Source: Candidatus Omnitrophota bacterium (GTDB taxonomy: Bacteria; Omnitrophota; Gorgyraeia; Aquiviventales; Aquiviventaceae). From it: a DNA stretch of 63,610 nt. Shown here piece after piece: positions 1 through 7,792 of the stretch; within the stretch, counting starts at the first letter, position 1, and every line of letters starts with the position of its first letter. The stretch is from the NCBI GenBank assembly GCA_016190215.1, contig JACPRA010000039.1, positions 1-63,610 of the forward strand, in the 5' to 3' direction. The notes under the pieces are model-generated. The model had not been told where the DNA came from. It was given only the letters and a program-made list of their open reading frames with translations, and did no database searches. The translations under genes and the position numbers were made by a program.

Positions 1-24
1 GCAGGGGGCGAGGGGCAGGGGACA
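1..24. repeat. G-rich heptamer-array arm (gcagggg gcgaggg gcagggg aca), probably cut by the window edge; inverted partner at 397-430
   Basis: Approximate reverse complement of the C-rich array at 397-430; the two arms bracket the four-helix-bundle ORF. Confidence 0.6.
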
Positions 25-486
25 TTAGAGCTTTCTCCCCAATGTAATAAGCATGGCTCTCAACCGATTGATGCGCGTTGACGTTGTCTCGAGTTCTTGT
101 TCACCCATAAAACCCAACTCTTTAGTTAAGCACAATTGTGTTTCTAGCTCGGCTAGAGAACCAATGGCAATATAGGTGGACTGACGGTATTCCGCACGGT
201 GATTCTTAGAGTGGCCCTCAGCCATGTTCGACGGTACAGATATTGCCGCGCGTTTCATTTGACTTGCTAAAGCGTAACGTTCTTCTGTTGGCAGCTTTCC
301 ACACAGACGATAGACTTCTTTCGTTAGCTCAATAGCTTCTTGCCAAACTCGAAGGTCTCTAAAACTCGCGATGGGCCGCGTATTGTTCGTGGTGCTTTCC
401 CCTGCCCTTGTCTCATGCCCCTTGCCCCTTAAAGATTGCGGACCCGATCCGCACGATGTCCGCGCCCTCTTCCACCGCGACTTCAA
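25..486 (-). CDS. four-helix-bundle protein (23S rRNA intervening-sequence protein family); true start probably near 372
   Basis: Translation FRDLRVWQEA...SVPSNMAEGH...GSLAELETQL fits the four-helix-bundle (S23p-like) family. The body is visibly AT-richer than its neighbours. The ORF-track N-terminus (TTG at 486) overlaps yggS and looks artefactual. No ATG/GTG/TTG lies near the expected start; an in-frame ATC is at 370-372. Confidence 0.75.
   Translation of the reverse strand: MKSRWKRARTSCGSGPQSLRGKGHETRAGESTTNNTRPIASFRDLRVWQEAIELTKEVYRLCGKLPTEERYALASQMKRAAISVPSNMAEGHSKNHRAEYRQSTYIAIGSLAELETQLCLTKELGFMGEQELETTSTRINRLRAMLITLGRKL
397..430. repeat. C-rich heptamer-array arm (cccctgc ccttgtc tcatgcc ccttgcc cctt), inverted partner of 1-24
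   Basis: 7-nt periodicity read directly; overlaps the last codons and stop codon of yggS. Confidence 0.6.
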
Positions 487-1102
487 AATCGTGCGACATG
501 CCCATCGAGAGCTTCAGCTCCCCCGGCGCGCGCGACAGCGACGAGGCGACCGCATCGCGGAGCCGCCGCAACCCCTGAAAACAGGGCCGCGCCGCCTCCG
601 GCGACTCGGCCAAGGGCGCAATCGTCATCAGGCCGGTCAAGTCCAACTGCCGGCAGGCCGCCACGGCTTGGGCCAGGCGCAGCGCCTCTTCCGGAGCGCA
701 CCCGAACTTCGTCGCTTCCCCGGAAACGTTTACCTGCACGAACACGCTCAGCCATTTCCGGCGGGCGGCGGCGTCGCGCTCCAAAACGCCGATCAGCTCC
801 AGGGAATCCACGGAGTGCACCGCGTCAAACACCTCCACCGCCGGCTTGGACTTGTTGCGCTGCAAGTGGCCGATGAGATGCCACCGCGCGCCGGTCCCGG
901 AGAGGATGGCCTGCTTTTCGCGGGCCTCTTGGACGCGGTTTTCCCCCACGTCGGTCAGGCCGCAGCGGATCGCCTCAGCCATGCGGTCCGCGTCCACGCC
1001 TTTGGTCACGCCGATGAGGAGCACTGAGGCAGGGTCGCGGCCGCAGCGCCGGCAGGCATCGGCAAGACGGATGTGGATGTGACGTAAGCGGTCGGCGATC
1101 AC
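413..1102 (-). CDS. yggS: YggS-family pyridoxal-phosphate homeostasis protein
   Basis: MIADRLRHIHIRLADACRRCGRDP..VLLIGVTKG...HLIGHLQRNK...SMGMSHDFEVAVEEGADIVRIGSAIF is the typical YggS/alanine-racemase N-terminal fold pattern; GTG start. Confidence 0.9.
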   Translation of the reverse strand: MIADRLRHIHIRLADACRRCGRDPASVLLIGVTKGVDADRMAEAIRCGLTDVGENRVQEAREKQAILSGTGARWHLIGHLQRNKSKPAVEVFDAVHSVDSLELIGVLERDAAARRKWLSVFVQVNVSGEATKFGCAPEEALRLAQAVAACRQLDLTGLMTIAPLAESPEAARPCFQGLRRLRDAVASSLSRAPGELKLSMGMSHDFEVAVEEGADIVRIGSAIFKGQGA

Positions 1103-1109
1103 GCGGGGT

Positions 1110-1139
1110 ACTCTAGCACAGGCACGGAGGGAGCGTCAA
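1110..1139 (-). promoter_or_regulatory. candidate sigma70 promoter for yggS (TTGACG-18-TAGAGT)
   Basis: Minus strand reads ttgacg ctccctccgtgcctgtgc tagagt, ending 7 nt before the GTG start, so the leader would be very short or absent. Confidence 0.35.
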
Positions 1140-1142
1140 CGA

Positions 1143-1227
1143 AGCACACAGCAGACAGCACACAGCATATAGAATATGACTCCTCTATCGAGGTGTGGTG
1201 TGCTGTAACCTGTGTGCTGTCTGCTGC
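1143..1227. repeat. heptamer-arm hairpin (agcacac agcagac agcacac agca / tgtggtg tgctgta acctgtg tgctgtc tgctgc)
   Basis: A 17-nt perfect complement (ctgtgtgctgtctgctg) sits within longer imperfect arms. The AT-rich loop is about 26 nt. The element abuts the ftsA stop codon (1229-1231). Confidence 0.7.
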
Positions 1228-1228
1228 C

Positions 1229-2398
1229 TTAAAAGTATTCAGTCAGGAGAGACTTGGCGCGGCCCAGCACGCGGTCTACGAAGCCGGCGCTGGAGCTGAG
1301 CTCCGGCGAGACGGCGGACGCGGCCTGGCCGGCGTGCGCGGCCCATAACCATTCCATCGCCCCGATGGCCGGGGTCAGCGCCACCTGGCGGGCGAGGTCG
1401 CCCAAGCGCCCGGCCCGGCTGCTTCGTCCCAGGGCCGCGCGCACCTGTGTCGCCGCTTCGACCCATTCGACGACGCCGTCCACCAGCGCGCCGCGCCCTG
1501 TGACAATCGCCGCGTCCGGCAGCGGCCGTCCGCTGAGCAATTGTGACATCCCGTCGCGCACCGGCTGCAAGTGCCGCTCGGCCAGCTCGCGCACTTCCGG
1601 CTTGAAGGCGGCCAATCCTTCCAGGCACATGGCCAGCGCTTGCTCATGGGTCAACCGGCAGGCCGCCGCAATCTCCTGCACGAGGGCCTGAAACCCCCAG
1701 GGAATGGTCACAGCGGCGGTCAACCGGCTGCCCTCGAAGAGCCCCAGCTCGGTGCTGCGGCCGCCGAGATCAATCAGCATCTGCGGCCCATCGGCCGAAC
1801 GCGCCCCGCGCTCCAGACAGGCCACGGCCGACGCCTGCAGCCCATACAGCAGGCGCTCGACCTCCAATCCCACCGACTCGCAGGCTTGCACCACCGCCTG
1901 CCGCACCGAGACCGGCACCGTCACCAGATGGAACCGGCCGTGCAGGCGCGTCGCGGCCAAGCCGCAGGGGTCGAGCACCCCGTCAAACCCGTTGCCGGCG
2001 TAGCCGAGCGGCTGCAGCCACAGCACATCGCGGTCCAAACTCAAGGCGTGGCTCACCGCCTGGGCTTGGAGCCGCTCAACATCGCGGCGCTTGACCAGGA
2101 CCGGCTCATCCGCCAATTGAATATGCGCGGTCACCTCCTGGTGGCCGAGATCTGGATGGTTCAGGACGACACTCGCCCGCTCCGGCAGCAACGTGATCCG
2201 GCTGTCCTGCAGGGCCTGCTCCAGCACCGGCCCGATGCGGGAGGGCTCCCCGGGCCAGGCCGGCAGGCCCAGCGGAAACGCCGCAACCCCCACTCCCAGG
2301 ATGTCTCCGCCATGCACGGGACCGTACCGCTGGGCCACCACGCACGCGATTTTTGTCGCGCCCAGGTCAATCGCCAACAACGGCCGACGCTTGATCAT
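1229..2398 (-). CDS. ftsA: cell division protein FtsA (actin-like ATPase)
   Basis: N-terminus LLAIDLGATKIACVV, DLGGRSTELGLF phosphate motif, amphipathic C-terminal tail VDRVLGRAKSLLTEYF; sits directly after ftsQ. Confidence 0.8.
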   Translation of the reverse strand: MIKRRPLLAIDLGATKIACVVAQRYGPVHGGDILGVGVAAFPLGLPAWPGEPSRIGPVLEQALQDSRITLLPERASVVLNHPDLGHQEVTAHIQLADEPVLVKRRDVERLQAQAVSHALSLDRDVLWLQPLGYAGNGFDGVLDPCGLAATRLHGRFHLVTVPVSVRQAVVQACESVGLEVERLLYGLQASAVACLERGARSADGPQMLIDLGGRSTELGLFEGSRLTAAVTIPWGFQALVQEIAAACRLTHEQALAMCLEGLAAFKPEVRELAERHLQPVRDGMSQLLSGRPLPDAAIVTGRGALVDGVVEWVEAATQVRAALGRSSRAGRLGDLARQVALTPAIGAMEWLWAAHAGQAASAVSPELSSSAGFVDRVLGRAKSLLTEYF

Positions 2399-2425
2399 GC
2401 ACCCATCCTTGAGTCCCTATCCGTG

Positions 2426-3229
2426 TTACGTTCGCGGCCCGATCACCGGCTCGGGAAACCGCACGTCAATGTAGCGGACCGCCAAGCGGTTGGCGGCAAT
2501 CCGCTCCAGCGCCGCCTTCAGCCGGTCCAAATGCTCCGCCAACTCCGCCTCCGATCCGCAGCGCACTTCAATCTCGTCGTCCATCACAAACAGCAGCTGG
2601 TTCGGATCTCCGACATCAATGGACATCACGCGGTGCCGGCCCAGGGCCGAGGAGCGGCTGAGCTGTTCGGTCACGCGAAACGCCAACTGCAGCCGCTCAT
2701 GGTCGTGTTCCCGGCCTTCCTTCAGCGCGGGCCGCCCCGGGCCCGTCACCCCCTCGAGCATCACCAAGCCGTCAATCGGCGCCGCGGCGGAGTCCGGAAA
2801 CACGAACCCGGCCCGGTCCACCGCATGCCATCCGCCTGTTTTCACTTGTGCGACCGGCAGGCGCTGCACCACGTCCACGCGCAGGGTATTGGGCAGGCGC
2901 CGCGTCACCCGAATGTACTTCAGGGACGGCTGCTGCGCCTTCAACTGGCCGGCCAGGGCGCTCAGGTCTACGTCCCAGATATTGCGGCCGATCACGGTAT
3001 TGGGCACGCGCACCGGCGAATCCGCCGGGGCCTGCACCGTCACGATGCGGAACAACTCCGCCTGCCGCGCCCACGCCTGGCCCGCCACCCAGCAGCCGAT
3101 CAGCACCACGGCCAGCGCCGCCGGCTGGGGATGCCCGGCCAGCCACTCCACCGCCTTCCACGCCGCCGCGACCGCGCGAGGCAGCAGCCCCGGAGCAGTC
3201 CGCCGTCGCCGTCGTCGAGCGTTCGCCAC
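2426..3229 (-). CDS. ftsQ: cell division protein FtsQ (POTRA domain)
   Basis: Arg-rich N-terminus, one TM helix, POTRA-like FRIVTVQ..., position between ddl and ftsA; GTG start. Confidence 0.75.
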   Translation of the reverse strand: MANARRRRRRTAPGLLPRAVAAAWKAVEWLAGHPQPAALAVVLIGCWVAGQAWARQAELFRIVTVQAPADSPVRVPNTVIGRNIWDVDLSALAGQLKAQQPSLKYIRVTRRLPNTLRVDVVQRLPVAQVKTGGWHAVDRAGFVFPDSAAAPIDGLVMLEGVTGPGRPALKEGREHDHERLQLAFRVTEQLSRSSALGRHRVMSIDVGDPNQLLFVMDDEIEVRCGSEAELAEHLDRLKAALERIAANRLAVRYIDVRFPEPVIGPRT

Positions 3230-3231
3230 GG

Positions 3232-4233
3232 TTAGCCTGCCGTCACCAAATGAGACGCCAGCGCCATGCCGATCAATTCCTCGCAGACATCCTCATAGGA
3301 CAATCCCACGCAGGCTGCCGCTTTCGGCAGCAGGCTGGTCGCGGTAAACCCGGGGATCGTATTCACCTCCAGAATCACCGGCGTGCCGTCCGCCGCCAGG
3401 ATGAAGTCCGCCCGGGACACGTGCCGGCATCCCACCGCCTGGTGCGCCCGCAGCCCGGCATCTTGCAGCCGCGCGGCCATCTCCGAGGGGATCTGCGCCG
3501 GCACGATGTACTGCGTTTGGCCCGCGGTGTATTTGGCGGCGAAGTCGAACATCCGCGAGCGGCCGGTAGCGGCCACGGGCTGAATTTCGATCACCGGCAG
3601 GGCGCGGTCGCCCAGCACCCCGACGGTCATCTCGCGCCCGACGATGAATTCCTCAATCAGCACGCGCGCATCATAGCGGGCGGCATCCGCCACGGCCGCC
3701 TCGCACTCCGCGGCGGTGCGCGCCAGCGACACGCCGATGCTGGAGCCCTGATTCGTCGGCTTGACCACCACCGGAAACGCCAGGCGCTCCACGGCGCGGC
3801 GCAGCCGATCGGCCGAGATGGGCCGCTCGATCAGGATGGATGCCGGAACGCGCAGCCCGGCTTCCTCGAAACAGTTCCGGGAGGCGACTTTGTCCAATCC
3901 GATGCGGCTGGCGCGGGGGTCGGAGCCGGTATACGGCAACCCCAGCTCTTCGCAGACCTGCTGCACGGCCCCGTCTTCCCCGAAGGGCCCGTGCAACGCC
4001 ACGAACACGACGCCGGGCCGCGCGGCCTGGAGCGCCTCGCGGGCCGAGCGGACCGCGTCCTCCACGCGGCCCTCTTTCGAAATCACCAGCGAGCGGACCG
4101 GCCATCCCCGGGCGGCCAGCGCCGCGGCTATGCCCTGCCCGCTGCGCAGCGAGATCTCGTGTTCGGAGGACGGCCCGCCCATCACCACCGACACGCTCAC
4201 GCGGGACGAGATCGCCTGCTGCTCTTCCGGCAT
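3232..4233 (-). CDS. ddl: D-alanine--D-alanine ligase
   Basis: VSVVMGGPSSEHEISLRSG, VFVALHGPFGEDG, VVKPTNQGSSIGV, LEVNTIPGFT. The ATG at 4231-4233 overlaps the murB TGA (ATGA). Confidence 0.9.
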   Translation of the reverse strand: MPEEQQAISSRVSVSVVMGGPSSEHEISLRSGQGIAAALAARGWPVRSLVISKEGRVEDAVRSAREALQAARPGVVFVALHGPFGEDGAVQQVCEELGLPYTGSDPRASRIGLDKVASRNCFEEAGLRVPASILIERPISADRLRRAVERLAFPVVVKPTNQGSSIGVSLARTAAECEAAVADAARYDARVLIEEFIVGREMTVGVLGDRALPVIEIQPVAATGRSRMFDFAAKYTAGQTQYIVPAQIPSEMAARLQDAGLRAHQAVGCRHVSRADFILAADGTPVILEVNTIPGFTATSLLPKAAACVGLSYEDVCEELIGMALASHLVTAG

Positions 4234-5144
4234 CAATGCCCTCCTGCTCTGCGGCCGTACCATCGCTCGCCCAACACCCGCACCTCCGGCTCCAGCCACA
4301 CGCCGGCGCGCTGCGCCACCCCCCGCTGGATGTGCTCCATGAGGGAGAGCACGTCCTCGCAGGTCGCCTGCCCCAGATTCACGATGAAGTTGGCATGGCG
4401 CTGCGAGACTTGCGCATCCCCGATGCGCGCGCCTTTGAATCCGGATTGGTCAATGAGCCGGCCGGCCGGCATGCCGGCCGGATTTTTGAACGCGCAGCCG
4501 GCCGAGGGCAAGCAGACATCCTGGGTGGTGTTGCGGTAGCGCAGCGCGCCCTGGATCCGCTCGCTGGAGGCTTCCGGCGTCACCATGGGAAACCGCAGGT
4601 CGGCGCTGACGACCACACCCGGCTCCAGCGCGGTGTATCGGTAGGCAAACCGCAGCTCTCCCGGTGTCAAGTGGCGCACCGCGCCCGTGGTGGTCACCAA
4701 GGTCACCTGGTCCACAAACCGTCCGATGTTTTGCGCGTTCATGGCCAGCGCGCCGCCGATCTGGCCCGGCAGGCCGGCAAGCAGCTCGAGGTCGCCCCAG
4801 CCATGGCGGCACGCCAGCATCACCAGGTGCTGCGTCGTCACTGCCGCGCCGCAGCGCACGCGGGCGTCCGACGCGTCCGGCTGGTCGTTCAAGACCTCGA
4901 CGGTGCGGAAGGTACGGCCTAAATGAATCATCAGCCCGCGCAGCCCGCGGTCGGCCACCAGCAGGTTCGTGCCGCCGCCGACCACGCAGACCGGCACCCC
5001 CGCCCGATGGGCCTCCCCCATCAGCTCGATGAGCTCCTCCATCGTCGAGGGCTCGGCAAACCACTCCGCCGGCCCGCCGATGCGGAAGCTCGTATGGTTA
5101 GCGAGCGGCTCGTTGGACCGTACGCAATCGAGCGGCCACGTCAT
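4233..5144 (-). CDS. murB: UDP-N-acetylenolpyruvoylglucosamine reductase
   Basis: NEPLANHTSFRIGGPAEWF, VVGGGTNLLV, SAGCAFKNP. Start taken at the internal ATG (5144); the ORF-track extension overlaps murC. Confidence 0.88.
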   Translation of the reverse strand: MTWPLDCVRSNEPLANHTSFRIGGPAEWFAEPSTMEELIELMGEAHRAGVPVCVVGGGTNLLVADRGLRGLMIHLGRTFRTVEVLNDQPDASDARVRCGAAVTTQHLVMLACRHGWGDLELLAGLPGQIGGALAMNAQNIGRFVDQVTLVTTTGAVRHLTPGELRFAYRYTALEPGVVVSADLRFPMVTPEASSERIQGALRYRNTTQDVCLPSAGCAFKNPAGMPAGRLIDQSGFKGARIGDAQVSQRHANFIVNLGQATCEDVLSLMEHIQRGVAQRAGVWLEPEVRVLGERWYGRRAGGH

Positions 5145-7770
5145 GGTACAACTCTCCGATGTCGCCCGCGCCGAGAAAGAACACCGTATCTCGAGGCTGG
5201 ATGAAATGCGCCAGAAACTCCCGCAGCTCCTGCCGCGGCACATACCGCACGCACGGGTGCCCGTGCGCTTTAATCAACTCGACCAGCCGCTCCCCGCTCA
5301 CGCCCGGAATCGGCTCTTCGAACGCGCTGTAGATATCGGTGACGATGACGCCGTCCGCGCGGTCGAAGCAGGTCGTAAATTGCTCTTCCAGCATCTTGGT
5401 CCGGGAGAACCGGTGCGGCTGGAACACCGCGATCTGGTGCCGCCCATGAAACGGGTCCGCCGCGAGGGTGGCGCGAATCTCCGAGGGATGGTGCGCGTAA
5501 TCGTCCACCAGCCAGATGTCGTTGGGCAGCTCCACCACCTGGAAGCGCCGGGCCGTGCCCTGGAACGCCAGCAGTGCCTCCCGCACCACCAGCATCGGTA
5601 AATCCAGGGTGAGGCCCACGCTGACGATGGCCAGCGCGTTGAGGATGTTGTGGGTGCCCGGGATCTGCAGCTGGAAGCTGCCCAGCCGCTGGCCCTGGTA
5701 GCTGGCCAGGAATTCGCTGCCCCAGCCGCAGCGGCGGATCCGCGTGGCGCGCACATCCGCGTCGTCGTGCAGGCCGTAGGTCAGCTCGCGGGGATGAGAG
5801 AGCGCCTCCCGCGCGATCGGATCATCGGCGCAGCGGATCAGCGTGCCCTCCGGCCCCAAACGGCTGGTGAACTGGCGGAACGCCGCCACGAGCTTCTCAA
5901 AGGTGTGGTAATGGTTCAGGTGTTCGCGGTCAACGTTGGTCACCACGGCGATGGACGGGGTGAGCAGCAGGAATGAGCCGTCGGACTCATCGGTCTCCGC
6001 CACGAGATACCGGCCGCGCCCGAAGCGGACGTTGCTGCCCAGGGAGAGCATGTGCCCGCCCACGATGACGGTCGGGTCCCAGCCGGCGTGGATCAGGAGC
6101 TGTCCCGCCATGCCGGACGTCGTCGTTTTCCCGTGCGCGCCGGCGACGGCCACCAGCCGCTTGGTGGACGCCAGCTCCGCCAGCAACTCGCCTCGGCTGA
6201 TGGTGGGGATGCCCAAGCTGCGGGCCTTGCGCAGCTCCGGCTCGTTGGACGAGATCGCGGAGCTGTAGATCACCAACCCCACCTCGTCGGTGATATGGCT
6301 GGGGTGGTGGCCCAATCCCACCGTCAAGCCCTGCTGCTGCAGCTCGCGCTGGGACCGGCCGTGCTTGGCATCGCAGCCGCTGACCGCATGCCCGCGTTCC
6401 CGCAAGATTTTCGCCAAGCCGCTCATGCCGATCCCGCCGATGCCGATGAAATGAATCAGCTTGCCGTTGAGCAGCGGCCGCCCCGACCCGGGACTATTGT
6501 GGTAGGTCGGGGGAGCCGGCGGGGCCATGGCGACAACCGCCGGCGGGGTGAGTGGCTCGCGCCGGTTGTCGGAAAGCTGCGGGGCGGCCTTGGCCGGCTC
6601 CGGCGCCGCCACGGCTGGAGCGGCAGGCGCCGCCGGGGCGGCGGACCGCTTGGCTTTCGCCTTGATCCGCCGGGCGACCCCTAGGATCGTCTTGGCCAAA
6701 TGCAGCGTCGCGTGCGGGCGCGCCAGGATCTGCATCCGATCGCCCATCCGGCGGCGCAGCGGCGCGTCGTCCATGAGTTGCCGGACCACGCCGAGCAGGT
6801 GCCGCGGGCTCGTGGTGGCTTCCTCGAGCCAGATGCCCGCCCCCACCGATTCCACCAGCTTCGCGTTCGCCCGCTGATGGCGGGTCGCGTACGCGTACGG
6901 CAGGAGGATCGCCGGCTTGCCGCAGCGCGCCAGCTCCGCCACGGTGGACGCGCCGGCCCGCGCAATGACCACGTCCGACATCGCGTAGGCCAACTCGATT
7001 TCCGAGAGGTGGGAGCGGACCAGGGCGTTCGACACGCCGGCGGCGGCGTACGCCTCCTGCACCGCCGCCTGCTGGCCGGCGCCCGTCAAGTGCACGAATT
7101 GCCACGTCGCGCGCTGCTCGCCGGACAGCTCCCGCAGCAGGCGGGTCACCAGCTGGTTGATCGCCCGCGATCCTTGGCTGCCCCCGACGATCAGCACCGT
7201 CGGCCCGTGCGACCGGCCTCCGAGGCGGGAGGCGCCGGCTTCGCGCCCGATCATGCCGATCGGCTGCCGGATCGGCAAGCCGGTGACGGTCGCGGGCGTG
7301 CCGTTGATCTGCGCCCGGGTGGCCTCGAACGACACCGCCACGTGATCCACCCACGGCAGGAGAAACCGGTTGGCCCGCCCGAAGGTCACGTTCTGCTCGT
7401 GTAATACGATCGGGACGTTGCGCTGCCGCGCGGCCAGCACCACCGGCACGCTCACCCACCCGCCGAACCCGACGACCGCGTGCGGCTGGAAAGTCCGCAG
7501 GTGCCGGTGCGCCATCCGCCACACGCCGCCGGCCGCCCACATCCGCTGCGGGCCGCGGAGCGGGCCGGAGGCCTTGAGGAAGGCGTGGGCGTCAACCGTC
7601 ACGCCGCCGCGCGTCATCAGCTCTTGCACGAGGTCTGCCGTTTGCTTGCGGTGGGCGTAGAGCAGCCGCACCTGGGCGCCCGCCTCCTGCAACGCCCTGG
7701 ACACCTCCAGCGCCGGGATCACGTGCCCGCCGCTGCCTTCCGCCACCAAGAGAATGCGCACGTTCGTCAT
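5098..7770 (-). CDS. murG-murC: fused MurG (lipid II GlcNAc transferase) - MurC (UDP-MurNAc--L-alanine ligase)
   Basis: N-terminal half has RILLVAEGSGGHVIPALEV ... GGSQGSRAINQ ... ARAGASTVAEL (MurG). An Ala/Pro-rich linker of about 70 aa lies at roughly 6465-6669. C-terminal half has IHFIGIGGIGMSGLAKIL ... VAGAHGKTTTSGM ... DDYAHHPSEI (MurC). A single uninterrupted frame covers all of it. Confidence 0.85.
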   Translation of the reverse strand: MTNVRILLVAEGSGGHVIPALEVSRALQEAGAQVRLLYAHRKQTADLVQELMTRGGVTVDAHAFLKASGPLRGPQRMWAAGGVWRMAHRHLRTFQPHAVVGFGGWVSVPVVLAARQRNVPIVLHEQNVTFGRANRFLLPWVDHVAVSFEATRAQINGTPATVTGLPIRQPIGMIGREAGASRLGGRSHGPTVLIVGGSQGSRAINQLVTRLLRELSGEQRATWQFVHLTGAGQQAAVQEAYAAAGVSNALVRSHLSEIELAYAMSDVVIARAGASTVAELARCGKPAILLPYAYATRHQRANAKLVESVGAGIWLEEATTSPRHLLGVVRQLMDDAPLRRRMGDRMQILARPHATLHLAKTILGVARRIKAKAKRSAAPAAPAAPAVAAPEPAKAAPQLSDNRREPLTPPAVVAMAPPAPPTYHNSPGSGRPLLNGKLIHFIGIGGIGMSGLAKILRERGHAVSGCDAKHGRSQRELQQQGLTVGLGHHPSHITDEVGLVIYSSAISSNEPELRKARSLGIPTISRGELLAELASTKRLVAVAGAHGKTTTSGMAGQLLIHAGWDPTVIVGGHMLSLGSNVRFGRGRYLVAETDESDGSFLLLTPSIAVVTNVDREHLNHYHTFEKLVAAFRQFTSRLGPEGTLIRCADDPIAREALSHPRELTYGLHDDADVRATRIRRCGWGSEFLASYQGQRLGSFQLQIPGTHNILNALAIVSVGLTLDLPMLVVREALLAFQGTARRFQVVELPNDIWLVDDYAHHPSEIRATLAADPFHGRHQIAVFQPHRFSRTKMLEEQFTTCFDRADGVIVTDIYSAFEEPIPGVSGERLVELIKAHGHPCVRYVPRQELREFLAHFIQPRDTVFFLGAGDIGELYHDVAARLRTVQRAAR

Positions 7771-7792
7771 CGTCTCGCTGAGAATCTCCCGA

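Noticed and set aside
1103-1228. A hidden or degraded ftsZ between ftsA and yggS
   Set aside because: The gap is 126 nt and consists of a promoter-like sequence plus a repeat hairpin. No tubulin-like motif appears in any frame.
1571-3235. Long plus-strand ORFs antisense to the minus-strand genes (this one, plus for example 2848-4539, 23283-24962, 31384-33129, 36318-37994, 38109-39659, 53062-55134)
   Set aside because: Their translations are Arg/Ala/Pro/Gly-rich low-complexity strings with no recognisable motifs. Each lies opposite a gene with clear family signatures. This is the typical open-frame artefact of high-GC DNA.
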